Shown here in pieces: positions 44,755 to 53,938 of a stretch of DNA of 64,000 bases. The first letter of the stretch is position 1. Each line of letters opens with the position of its first letter. Both the position numbers and the translations under genes were made by a program. Origin of the DNA: Myxococcales bacterium (GTDB taxonomy: Bacteria; Myxococcota_A; UBA9042; JABWCM01; BTVJ01); assembly GCA_045863395.1 (NCBI GenBank), contig BTVJ01000019.1, positions 37,221 through 101,220 on the forward strand, read 5' to 3'. The notes beneath the pieces are model-generated. The model ran no database searches, was not told where the DNA came from, and saw nothing but the letters and a program-made list of their open reading frames with translations.

Positions 44755-46911
44755 TCACAGTACCTCGAGCAGGACCTTGTAGAAGTGCAAGGACTCGCCG
44801 TCGTCGCAGAGCACGGGACCAGCATGCCAAGGCGACTCGAAAACGCGGGTCTCGCGCGTGGTCGTGCAAACGCGCCCGAGGAACTCCTCTTTTCGGTGGT
44901 AATAGGCGTCCTCCTTGGCGATGTCGAGAATACGCACCTTGCGCTTCGGCGCTATGGGCTCCAAAGCGGCCCTTGACGCAACGCCTGCTCTGGAGGATAC
45001 GCTGCCCTGAGACACACTCCCCCCGGCTGCCGAATTGCTCGGGCGCCACCCACCCCTCGCGGGAGCCGCCAAGCCGCGGTCAGTCAAGGCTACCCGATAG
45101 AACGTATGCCCCGTCCCATCGCAATCGAGGACTCCTGAGTGCCATCGGCCACGCACCGTCGTCGCGATGCTGGTCGTACATGTCTTGCCAACGAGGTCCC
45201 CGCGGTTCTCGTAGTACGCATCGGCTGGGTCTATGGCCAGGACCGACACCGCCCGACCAGGTCCGATGGAAGAGTTGGACTCGGTGGCGGTCGCCGCCAC
45301 CTCGGCGGCCGCAGCCGCCGCGACCGCAGCGGCCGAGACAGCCGCCTGCGACACCGGGGTCTTCCCCAGCGGGGGCACAGCGACAGGGTCGAGCCCCAGA
45401 TCTTTGAGGGCGACCTTGTAGTAGTAAGGCGACACCGAGCCACACTTCAGGGTGGCGGCGTGCCACCCATCCCCCTTGTGGGTGGTGCGATCCACTGTAA
45501 CGCACGTCTGGCCAATCAGTTCGTTCCGATCCCCGTAGAAGGCGTCTTCCGGGTGGATCGCGACGATGCGCACCATGTGATTCTCCTCCACGTGGCTCGT
45601 GGCCCGTTCGTCGCCCGACTCGCTGCTCGCGGCCCCTCCCCCTTGGCCCCCGGGATTGGTCCCCACACCGGGGGGATCGTCATTCAACCACCGCTCCAGC
45701 TCTGCCGCCCCCTGTGGGTCCAGAGTGCCAGGGGCGTTTTCTGATGCTGACTGAGGAGCTTGCACGTCCTGCTTCGGACGCTCCGGGGCCTCGCCCGCTC
45801 GCCCGGCGAAGTGCATCGCGCCGAGACCCAGTACGGTGACGATGGCGGCGCCGGCAGCAGCGTAGAGCGCGGGCTGGCGCCATTGCTGGTCACCTTCGCG
45901 ACGCGATTGCTCGCGTGCTCGGTCCTCCGTGGGCTCAGCTCGACCGGTCAGCGCGAGCTGAAGCTCGCGGACGCTGCGGAAGCGGTCCATCGGGTCCAGG
46001 CTCATCGCCCGACTGACTGCGTTCGACACGGCCAGGGAGACCCGCTCACCGAGAAGATCCCGGAGTGCCGGAATCGACGTCCCTCGCTGCCGCTCGAGTG
46101 CCCCGGGCGGTATCCGCCCAGACATCATCCGCCAGAGAGTTGCGCCCACGGCGTAGACGTCCACCGACCAGTCCTGAGGCGTGCTCCTCACATACTGCTC
46201 TGGAGGTGCGAAACCCTCGGTGAGGACAGCGGAGACCGAGCGCGTTGCAGCCCCAGTGACGTAGCGAGCCTCACCGAAGTCCAGGAGAAAGACCGGGCCT
46301 TCCTTCGTGACATAGATATTTGCGGGTTTGATGTCACGGTGGATGATCCCCCGCGCATGCGAGGCCCGCAGAGCGTCCAGCACCGGAAGCGCGATCCGCA
46401 GGGCGTCTGCCTCCGAGAGCCGTCCCTGATTGCGCCTGAGCAAGTCCTCCGCGGTCATGCCATCCAGGTACTCCATGACCATGTAGCCAGTACCGTTGGC
46501 CGGAAAGACGTCGTATACCGTCACGACGTTCGGCTCCTTGCGGAGCTGCGCAAGGGCGCGAGCCTCTTTCAGGAAGCTCTCCAATCCTTGGACAAACGAG
46601 TCGCGCTCGCCGGGCGACCGAGGGCGCACCGTCGAACCGTCCCGGTTTCGGGTGGCCTCACCTCGGGGCAGATACTCCTTGATGGCGACTCGTGCATCCA
46701 GCTCCCCGTCTCGCGCCAGGTACGTGACACCGAAGCCGCCGTGCCCCAGGACCCGCCCCAAAAGGTAGCGGCCATGCAGCACGGTACCAGCCGGCAAAGT
46801 GAGGACGTCGCCATCATCCGTCCCTCGCGACGGTCGACCACAGCGATCACACGTCACGCCTCCCTGGCAAGGCTCGCAGCAGGTGAGACAGATCGTGGTT
46901 CCGTTTGCCAT
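44755..46911 (-). CDS. Membrane Ser/Thr protein kinase with N-terminal Zn ribbon and three C-terminal ~60-aa repeats
   Basis: CLTC..CDRC; LGHGGFG, VAIKE, HRDIKPAN, DFG, APPEQ, DVYAVG; TM helix; three homologous extracytoplasmic repeats. Confidence 0.92.
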   Translation of the reverse strand: MANGTTICLTCCEPCQGGVTCDRCGRPSRGTDDGDVLTLPAGTVLHGRYLLGRVLGHGGFGVTYLARDGELDARVAIKEYLPRGEATRNRDGSTVRPRSPGERDSFVQGLESFLKEARALAQLRKEPNVVTVYDVFPANGTGYMVMEYLDGMTAEDLLRRNQGRLSEADALRIALPVLDALRASHARGIIHRDIKPANIYVTKEGPVFLLDFGEARYVTGAATRSVSAVLTEGFAPPEQYVRSTPQDWSVDVYAVGATLWRMMSGRIPPGALERQRGTSIPALRDLLGERVSLAVSNAVSRAMSLDPMDRFRSVRELQLALTGRAEPTEDRAREQSRREGDQQWRQPALYAAAGAAIVTVLGLGAMHFAGRAGEAPERPKQDVQAPQSASENAPGTLDPQGAAELERWLNDDPPGVGTNPGGQGGGAASSESGDERATSHVEENHMVRIVAIHPEDAFYGDRNELIGQTCVTVDRTTHKGDGWHAATLKCGSVSPYYYKVALKDLGLDPVAVPPLGKTPVSQAAVSAAAVAAAAAAEVAATATESNSSIGPGRAVSVLAIDPADAYYENRGDLVGKTCTTSIATTVRGRWHSGVLDCDGTGHTFYRVALTDRGLAAPARGGWRPSNSAAGGSVSQGSVSSRAGVASRAALEPIAPKRKVRILDIAKEDAYYHRKEEFLGRVCTTTRETRVFESPWHAGPVLCDDGESLHFYKVLLEVL

Positions 46912-46934
46912 CGCCAATCTCTACGGAGTTGTGT

Positions 46935-48209
46935 CTACGCTCGGGTCGAAACACGCAACGAAAACCGATTCGACCCCAATTCGATGGTCGCACCGCCCTG
47001 CACCGGGGTCCAGGACCCCGGGCGGAGAGCGACGCCGTTGACTTTCGTCCCGCGAGACGCCTCCAGCTCACGTGCCTCCAGCGCGCCCCCTGGGGTGACG
47101 CGGAGCTCCAGGTGGCGCTTCGAGACCCCCGGCCAGGGCTTGTCCTTCGCCTCGTCCGGCACCACGAGGGCGCATGCTCCGGCGTCCCTGCCTATGACGA
47201 GGGATGCACCCGCCGCGAGGGGGATGCACTGGTTCTTGAGGTCGATCGGACCCTCCAGGATACGGACTTCCCACTTCGCGGCAGCGTTGATGATGTTCCC
47301 GTGCTCGTCCCGGATGAAGCCCACCGGGCCCTGCACCGCGTGCTTCTGAGGATCGGGCTGCTTCCACCGCTTCGTGATGTTCGAGACCGTCGCTGGCCGA
47401 CGTAGGACCAGCACCATCCCCGTGATCGCCAGCAGACCGGCAGCGATGACCATGGCGATGACGAGGCGCGGCGGAGCATCCGGGTCGCATGGGGTCGTGA
47501 CCGTCGATGGCTTTGCGCCGACCTTGTTCAGGATGTCGACCACCTCGGAGGACGCCACGGCCGCGTTGATGCCGACCGCCACCAACGGGTTGACCTTGAG
47601 AGTCGACACACCGGCTACCCGCCCGCACGCATCGAACACGGGTCCGCCGCTGTCTCCCTCGTTGACCAGCACGTCGATCTGCAGGAGCCGTCGGTCCGCC
47701 TGCTCGTCGTCCAGATACCGCTGTACGGATCCCACGGCGGAGCTGGGCTCGACCCAAGCGCGATTGCTCCCCGCCAATCGGTCCGCGGTACCCGGAAACC
47801 CGATCTTCGTCAGGCGTGACTGCTTGGGCGCTTCTGTGCCAGACGCAATCGTGAGGGCGGGGGGGACGTCGCCCGTGAAGCGCAGGACGGCGAGATCCTT
47901 CTTGTCGTTGGCCTCCTCGATGGTGGCCTGAACGACCTTGGCGGGGCCAAAGTGAATCTGGAGGCCGTCATCCCCCGGAGGCTTGCCGATACAGTCTTCG
48001 ATGACGTGCTGGTTGGTGATGAGGAGTCCCGACGGGTCCACCACGAAACCCGTTCCCGTGACCGCTCTGCCACCTCCAAGGGGGCATACCACACGGCCAA
48101 CGCTCTTCTCCAGATCCTGCACTTTCGGTGCGTCGGTCTTCTTGCAGCCTGTGATTGCCAGCAGGGAGACGAACGCGAGAGCGGTGGCGTATCCTGGTCG
48201 AACTCTCAT
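46935..48209 (-). CDS. Trypsin-like serine protease - TM - FHA fusion
   Basis: Lipobox-like LLAITG-C; GTGF, TNQHVI, DLAVL, GDSGGP catalytic triad; TM; IGRD..VSKRH..GTKVNG. Confidence 0.88.
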   Translation of the reverse strand: MRVRPGYATALAFVSLLAITGCKKTDAPKVQDLEKSVGRVVCPLGGGRAVTGTGFVVDPSGLLITNQHVIEDCIGKPPGDDGLQIHFGPAKVVQATIEEANDKKDLAVLRFTGDVPPALTIASGTEAPKQSRLTKIGFPGTADRLAGSNRAWVEPSSAVGSVQRYLDDEQADRRLLQIDVLVNEGDSGGPVFDACGRVAGVSTLKVNPLVAVGINAAVASSEVVDILNKVGAKPSTVTTPCDPDAPPRLVIAMVIAAGLLAITGMVLVLRRPATVSNITKRWKQPDPQKHAVQGPVGFIRDEHGNIINAAAKWEVRILEGPIDLKNQCIPLAAGASLVIGRDAGACALVVPDEAKDKPWPGVSKRHLELRVTPGGALEARELEASRGTKVNGVALRPGSWTPVQGGATIELGSNRFSLRVSTRA

Positions 48210-49933
48210 TGGTCACCTCCCTCTTGGGGGACATCGGTCGACCGGGGCTTCGGGTCCATCTCGGGCCGAGTTTTCGGGGCGACGTCACTGCTTGGCGGCG
48301 GCGACGCGGGGGCTGTGACGGTTCCCGGGGGTGGATCCACAGCGCCTTCCTTGGCCCCGGCAGGCGACGAGTTCGTCTCTTTGGATCCCGAGCCACCGGG
48401 TGGAACGTCAGGTCCCGGCGTAGAACCCGGAGCATTCTTCGTGTCGCCGGGTACGCCGGTAAGGGAAGGCGCCGCGGGGTCGGGAGCTGGAGAGACTGGC
48501 GGCGCGTGCAGCCCAGTGCTCGTCTCGCCGACCGCAGTGCCAGGTGCCGTTCCCGCCTTGTCGGCCTCAGCCTGCGGTTGCGTCAGTCCACCGGGCGCCG
48601 GTGTGGCGTCGGTCGCTTTGGCGCCAGTGGTGGTGCTCCGAGTATCGCCGTCGGTTCCTCGCCCCGGTCGGACGTCGCCGCGTTTGTCGGCCTTGGCGTC
48701 GCCCGGCGAATCGTGAACGCCAGCGTCCTTGATCTTGGACGGGTCCTCCCCAGACTTTGGAGTCTGTCCGCCGTCCTTTGGCCGCGCTCCGGTACTCGAA
48801 CCGGTGCCCTCCTTCCGCTTCTTTGGGTCCGGGGTCCTCCCCGTCTGCTTATTGGGTGGATTGGACTCTGCAGCACCCGTCTCCTTGGCGGTGTCGCCGG
48901 CTCGGACTCCGCTGGCAGAGTCTCCCGCGGCGTCCTCCTCCCCCTTCTGCTTCGCCGCTTCCGACCCGGAGTTCTTCCCACCCGTTCCGACGTCTTTCTC
49001 ATCCTTCTTGGCGCCCGCATCGGCATCAGGATGCACCCTGACGGGCTCAACCGGCCCCTCCCCCCCGTCCTTCCGCGAGGGCCAGAACGCCACCAGCAAC
49101 AGCAGGACCGCCACCAGCGCCAGGGCAGCACCCAACCAGCGCCTGGGGCTGGAGGAGGCCGTCGCGGCAACGGCCGCGCCCGCGACCCGAAAGACGACGA
49201 CCGAGACGTTGTCCTGCGCCGGCCGCTCCTTGATCAGCGTCGCCTTGACGAGAGCATGGCATGCTGCATCGGCATCAGCCGCCTGTGACACGATCCGCGC
49301 GATGTCCCCGTCGGACAGGGCGTCGGTGAGACCGTCGCTGGCGAGGACGAGGGAATCGCCTGCCTTCAGTGATTGGGGGCTCGTGATGTCCACGTCCGCA
49401 AGACGCGGCTGCCCCAGGTAGGCCGTCAGGTGGGCCCGCTCGCCCTCCCGTCGCCTGGCGTCTGCCGTGTTGACGGCACCGGTCGCCAGGCCGCGGTCCA
49501 TCTCCGCCCCCAACGTGTGCTGACGGTTGAGCCGGAGCACGCTCTCCGCGCGGCACAGGATGGCGACGCTGTCGCCCACGGACACGCACTGAAATCCCCG
49601 CTCGCTGACCCAACAGGCGACCAACGTGGTGCCCATGTCCGCCCCAGACGCTGACGCCGCCGCAACAACGGCATCGTTGGCCACCCGCACACAGTGTCCC
49701 AGGACCTCGGCCCTGTCCTGGGCTCGGTCTCGCGAACGCAACGCCTCCGTGAACGCGTCCACCGCGATGACGCTCGCCTGGGCGCCGCCCTCGTGCCCGC
49801 CCATACCGTCGGCTACGACGAGCATGTAGCCACCCGACCCGTCGGGGATGGTGCCGAAGTAGTCCTGCTGCTCCTTCCGGGCCCCAATGTCCTGGTGGTT
49901 GCCAATGGAGACTTCCATCTGTCCCAGCTTCAC
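48206..49933 (-). CDS. PP2C/PPM Ser/Thr phosphatase with TM and long low-complexity C-terminus
   Basis: GARKEQQD, VADGMGGH, MGTT, VGDS, LASDGL, QDNVS; TM WLGAALALVAVLLLLVAFW; GTGA overlap. Confidence 0.9.
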   Translation of the reverse strand: MKLGQMEVSIGNHQDIGARKEQQDYFGTIPDGSGGYMLVVADGMGGHEGGAQASVIAVDAFTEALRSRDRAQDRAEVLGHCVRVANDAVVAAASASGADMGTTLVACWVSERGFQCVSVGDSVAILCRAESVLRLNRQHTLGAEMDRGLATGAVNTADARRREGERAHLTAYLGQPRLADVDITSPQSLKAGDSLVLASDGLTDALSDGDIARIVSQAADADAACHALVKATLIKERPAQDNVSVVVFRVAGAAVAATASSSPRRWLGAALALVAVLLLLVAFWPSRKDGGEGPVEPVRVHPDADAGAKKDEKDVGTGGKNSGSEAAKQKGEEDAAGDSASGVRAGDTAKETGAAESNPPNKQTGRTPDPKKRKEGTGSSTGARPKDGGQTPKSGEDPSKIKDAGVHDSPGDAKADKRGDVRPGRGTDGDTRSTTTGAKATDATPAPGGLTQPQAEADKAGTAPGTAVGETSTGLHAPPVSPAPDPAAPSLTGVPGDTKNAPGSTPGPDVPPGGSGSKETNSSPAGAKEGAVDPPPGTVTAPASPPPSSDVAPKTRPEMDPKPRSTDVPQEGGDQ

Positions 49934-51639
49934 GACGCAACCTCCGTTACTCTGAGCTCTGTCGTGCCAACGCGGATCATATCGCCTGTCTCGACGCGCT
50001 CTCGCCCGACCACCCGCGCGCCGTTGCGCCATGTGCCGTTGGTCGATCCGAGGTCCTCCACCACGACGGCGCTCCCAGCCACGCTGAATTGGCAGTGCCG
50101 ACTCGATACCTCGGAGTCGCCCGCCACGGAGACATCCCCATCCCGGCCCAGGATCAGACCGGAGGAAGAGATGGCCAGCGAGCCACCCCCGTCGAGCCGC
50201 CCCGGCCCTCGTGCATGGGCCAGGCGGATGGTCACCTGCCCCGGGGCTGCCGGGGGGACCACGGGGCCTGTCGGGTGCAGTGTCCCTCCATGCTGTGGCC
50301 TCCGTTCAAGGTCCGGGAGATCACGAGGGACCGCCGGGTCGCGCTCCAGCGGAGATGGCGCATCTCCGCGCCGAGGCCGCCGAGCCAGAAGGACCAGCAG
50401 CAGCGCGAGCGCCAACAGCACGCTTCCGCCCACGCCCAGGGTGATCGGCGACCGCCACCACGTCGCTTCAGCAGTCGTTGACCCTGCTTGTGCCGGAACA
50501 GAACCACTGCCAGCATCCACCTCGGGCCGACTCTCCTGCTCTACCTGGGCGGGCTGCGGCGCAGCCAGGACCAGCGCCCTCCGCTGGTCGACGAAGGTCC
50601 CTCCCGGATGCACGAGCTGCACCTTCACGTCGTCCCGCTCGATAGTCGCTGCGTCACCGTCCCAGGCGGCGCGTACGATCATCCCCTCCCGTGCCCGGAT
50701 GAGCAACTTGTCGAAGGTGGCCTCCACCTGGTCCACGGTCGGGCTCTCGGCAAAGTGCCCGCGGCTTGCCTCGGCGAGGCGCTGGAGGGTCGCGAACTGC
50801 CCTCGCCCCGACCGCTTGTAGCCCACAGCGTAGACGGGCCAGCGCAGTCTCAGCGGGTTCGCCGTGAGGTCGTCGATGACGACGCCGCTCCCCTCGTCCT
50901 TGCCGTCGGAGATGGTGAGCATCATCCGGTGTCGCGGAAAGTCGGTGTCGACGCGCGCCGAGAGGAGGTCCTGTCCGAGACGGACCGCATCGAGGAGCTT
51001 CGTGTTGCGCTCCCTGGGCTCCAGACCATCGATGGCGCGGGTCAGCGCCGCCTTGTCGCCCGTGAACGCGAGCTTCAGGTCGGCGGTGTCGCCGCACGTG
51101 ATCAACGCCATCTGGTCCCGGTCGCCCACCCGCCCGACGAGGGCCTTGGCAGCCGCGATGGCCACCTGGAAGGGGCGCCCTTGCACCGACTTGGACACGT
51201 CGAAGACCAGCACGTAGGCCGTCCCTCGCGTGTCGGACGACTGGGGCGCCGCCTCTGTGACCTGGGCGTCATGTCCCCCCACGGTGACCCGGAAGCTGTC
51301 TGGACCGAGCCCCATGATCGGCGCGTCGGGGAACGCGCGAGCGTCGACCCACGCCTCCACCACCGGCCGCGAGTAGAAGGCCGCCGTGACACGGATGCCC
51401 GTCGGCTGTAGGGCTGCGCCAGGGCTCGGGGGGGTACTTGCGTCTGCGCCACTCCCTGCGCCGTGGGTCGCCGAGTCCGAAGCGGACGCCCCGGGCACAG
51501 ATCCCACGTGCGCACCCGCATCACGCGATGCCCCGGCATCCGGCGCCCCGCCCTGCGCATACGCAGCAGCGGCCCATGACATCAGAATGACCGTGACGGA
51601 CGCCCACCTCGCGGCGCCCCAACCGGGGCGACCGGTCAC
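49930..51639 (-). CDS. Secreted-side VWA domain - TM - FHA fusion
   Basis: Signal peptide; MIDAS DVSKS, T, ISDG; TM; LGRD..VSSRH..DLGSTNGT; GTGA overlaps at both ends. Confidence 0.88.
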   Translation of the reverse strand: MTGRPGWGAARWASVTVILMSWAAAAYAQGGAPDAGASRDAGAHVGSVPGASASDSATHGAGSGADASTPPSPGAALQPTGIRVTAAFYSRPVVEAWVDARAFPDAPIMGLGPDSFRVTVGGHDAQVTEAAPQSSDTRGTAYVLVFDVSKSVQGRPFQVAIAAAKALVGRVGDRDQMALITCGDTADLKLAFTGDKAALTRAIDGLEPRERNTKLLDAVRLGQDLLSARVDTDFPRHRMMLTISDGKDEGSGVVIDDLTANPLRLRWPVYAVGYKRSGRGQFATLQRLAEASRGHFAESPTVDQVEATFDKLLIRAREGMIVRAAWDGDAATIERDDVKVQLVHPGGTFVDQRRALVLAAPQPAQVEQESRPEVDAGSGSVPAQAGSTTAEATWWRSPITLGVGGSVLLALALLLVLLARRPRRGDAPSPLERDPAVPRDLPDLERRPQHGGTLHPTGPVVPPAAPGQVTIRLAHARGPGRLDGGGSLAISSSGLILGRDGDVSVAGDSEVSSRHCQFSVAGSAVVVEDLGSTNGTWRNGARVVGRERVETGDMIRVGTTELRVTEVAS

Positions 51640-52259
51640 TGAGCGCCCCCCCAACGGAATCTGTCGCCACAGAGAGGCACGAACATCAGCGTTGTGCAGC
51701 CGATCTCCACCCGGTCATAGGCGACCAGATCCTGCGACTCTCCGCGCAGCGCCTTGCCATTGATATAAACGAGGTTGCGGCCCCGGCCCTGCTCGATCCA
51801 GTACACCGCCCCCCGCGGATCGAACACCACCGCGCAATGCCCATCCCGCGAAATGGTGTCGTCCCCGGTGATCTGCACCCGGTTGTGCGGGTCACGCCCC
51901 ACCTCGTTGCGCCCCTCGACGATGCGGTAGTCCCGCCCCATGGAGGGGCCGTCGATGCAGACGAGCCACGCTACGACCGGGTCGAAGCCGGACACCGCGG
52001 AGGTGCCCCGGTCGACTCGACGCGTCATGCCATCGACTGCGGTCGCCGCGCGGCGCGTGTCAGTGCGGCTCTGCTCCGTCCTTCCCCCCTGGTCCGCCCG
52101 CTGGGTCTTTCCGTCGTGGCTGGTCCCCCGCGTGTCGTTGACCCCCCGCGTATCGGGGATGACCCCGCCGAGGATGGGCCCCTGACGGCAGTAGGGGCAG
52201 CTCGCCTGCTGGTCCGAGTTGAAGAAGTGCTTGTCCTGCTCGCAGCGGATCATGGCCAT
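51636..52259 (-). CDS. Zn-ribbon + Thr-rich linker + FHA domain protein
   Basis: CEQDKH...CPYC; PVVAWLVCIDG; VGRD..ISR.GH; N.VYING. Confidence 0.88.
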   Translation of the reverse strand: MAMIRCEQDKHFFNSDQQASCPYCRQGPILGGVIPDTRGVNDTRGTSHDGKTQRADQGGRTEQSRTDTRRAATAVDGMTRRVDRGTSAVSGFDPVVAWLVCIDGPSMGRDYRIVEGRNEVGRDPHNRVQITGDDTISRDGHCAVVFDPRGAVYWIEQGRGRNLVYINGKALRGESQDLVAYDRVEIGCTTLMFVPLCGDRFRWGGAQ

Positions 52260-52373
52260 GATGCTGTGCTCCTCTCGATGTTCAGCCCGACTCTCCTTCG
52301 GCGGGGAGTCAGGACGCCTTCAGACAGCTCGCAGGCCCCCGTTGGGGGGCCCGTGTTCCTGCACTCCGCGCCC

Positions 52374-53117
52374 TCATCGGCGCACGATGGACACGTTTCT
52401 CTTCTCTCCCGTGCTCATGTTCCAGACGAAGGTCTCTGCACTGGTCCCATTGCAGGGACTGACACGAACGCTCGCCGTGTTGGGTGAGCCGTCTCCCTCG
52501 TTCAACGCCTGCGCCACGAAGTAGCTCACTCCCTGAGGCAGGTTCAGCGTGAACCGCGCCACGTTTGGCAAGACGCGGAGCTTGAGGTTGGAGGCAAGCT
52601 CCGTCGCACCGTGCCGCAGGTCGACCCGATCACCATCCTCGGCCTCGTGATCCCAGACATCGACGACAACGGTGTCTGCCTCGGTGTGGCACATGCCGAT
52701 GGACTCGCCAGCGGCCTGGCGGGCGGCATCGGCCTGCTGCTGTGCCTCGGCCGCAGCAGCCCGTGCCTCGTCGGCGGCCGCTTGCGCCGCCCGCGCCCGC
52801 GCCCGCGCGGCGGCGGCGTCGGCGGTGGCGGAGTCGGCCGCAGCCTGCGCCTCCCGTGCGCGGCGGTCTGCTTCGTCGGCCTGCGCCCGCGCGGTCCGCG
52901 CCTGCCGCTGGGCCTCCTCCAGCGCCTCCATGGCCTCCTTCATCCTGGCGACCAACGTCTGGACCAGGGACTCCGCCTTCTCGGCCCGCTTCTTGTGGGA
53001 GCTGGTCGCCTGAACGGAGATGAGATACAGCACGAGGATTGCGCCGAGCGCGGAGCAGATCACGTCCAGCATCGACAGGTTGAAGACGCTGATCTCGCGA
53101 GACGGGCGGCGCTTCAC
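52374..53117 (-). CDS. ExbD/MotB-like single-TM protein (conserved Asp) with Ala-rich coiled coil and C-terminal beta domain
   Basis: VFNLSMLDVICSALGAILVL directly downstream of ExbB-like gene; coiled coil; VWDH..EDGDRV. Confidence 0.72.
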   Translation of the reverse strand: MKRRPSREISVFNLSMLDVICSALGAILVLYLISVQATSSHKKRAEKAESLVQTLVARMKEAMEALEEAQRQARTARAQADEADRRAREAQAAADSATADAAAARARARAAQAAADEARAAAAEAQQQADAARQAAGESIGMCHTEADTVVVDVWDHEAEDGDRVDLRHGATELASNLKLRVLPNVARFTLNLPQGVSYFVAQALNEGDGSPNTASVRVSPCNGTSAETFVWNMSTGEKRNVSIVRR

Positions 53118-53139
53118 CTGCAGACACCCTCCCCGGCCC

Positions 53140-53928
53140 CTACTTGACCGCCTGCGGCACGTAGAGTCTGTTGACCAGGTTGCGCAGGCAGTAGTCGGAG
53201 CTGCGGTTGATCGCCTCCTCCTCGCTGGTCTGGGTGAACTGGGTCAGGAGCACGAGGATGGCGCTCTGGCACAGGGCCAGGATCGTCGAGTAGAAAGCCG
53301 TCGACAGGCTCGCAGTGATCTCGCCCGTCTTGGACGAAAGGTCCTCACCCGCGCCCTGGATCACCGACAGCGCTCCCGCGATGCCGACCACCGTCCCGAT
53401 GAAGCCCATGGTCGGGATCAGCCACGCCAGATAGCGGAGCAGCGTGTAGCGAAGGTCGACACGGTGCAGCTCGTGGTCGACGAGAGAGGTCAGGATCTGG
53501 TGCGTCTGGTCGGTCGCCTGGTTCGCGTGGAAACACAGCACGCACTGGTCCACGATCTGCGCGAGGAACGAGCCCCGCGTCTGCGCACCCTCCAGGGCGG
53601 ACCGCCGGATGGGCCCGAGGTCGGAGCCGACGAGGACGGTCCGATCATCCTCCGGCAGGATTCGAGCCGTGCTGGCGACGCCCTCCACTGCCGCCGCACC
53701 CCGGCGATAAACGATGTCACCGACGCCGGCCGCGAACAGCAGCGTCATCAGGTTCTGGATGGTGAACGGATACGGGAAGACCTGAAGCTCAGGGACATTG
53801 CGGTCGAGCAGCAGGAGGCCCACCCACTCCCCGGGGGTGACTGCTGCGCTCAGGACTCCGATCAGCCCTGCGGCCACCGCGACAGACAGCCCGATGCACG
53901 CGAACCGGTTCTGCGACAGCCCTTGCAC
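53140..53928 (-). CDS. MotA/TolQ/ExbB proton channel family protein
   Basis: LIPTMGFIGTVVGI..AL and LSTAF..T.LAL C-terminal helical hairpin; two N-terminal TMs. Confidence 0.9.
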   Translation of the reverse strand: MQGLSQNRFACIGLSVAVAAGLIGVLSAAVTPGEWVGLLLLDRNVPELQVFPYPFTIQNLMTLLFAAGVGDIVYRRGAAAVEGVASTARILPEDDRTVLVGSDLGPIRRSALEGAQTRGSFLAQIVDQCVLCFHANQATDQTHQILTSLVDHELHRVDLRYTLLRYLAWLIPTMGFIGTVVGIAGALSVIQGAGEDLSSKTGEITASLSTAFYSTILALCQSAILVLLTQFTQTSEEEAINRSSDYCLRNLVNRLYVPQAVK

Positions 53929-53938
53929 GCCCTACCTC

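Noticed and set aside
52374..53928. Zorya (ZorAB) or flagellar MotAB assignment
   Set aside because: The ExbB-like protein lacks the long ZorA tail, the partners lack an OmpA-like domain, and no zorC/D/E or flagellar genes are present
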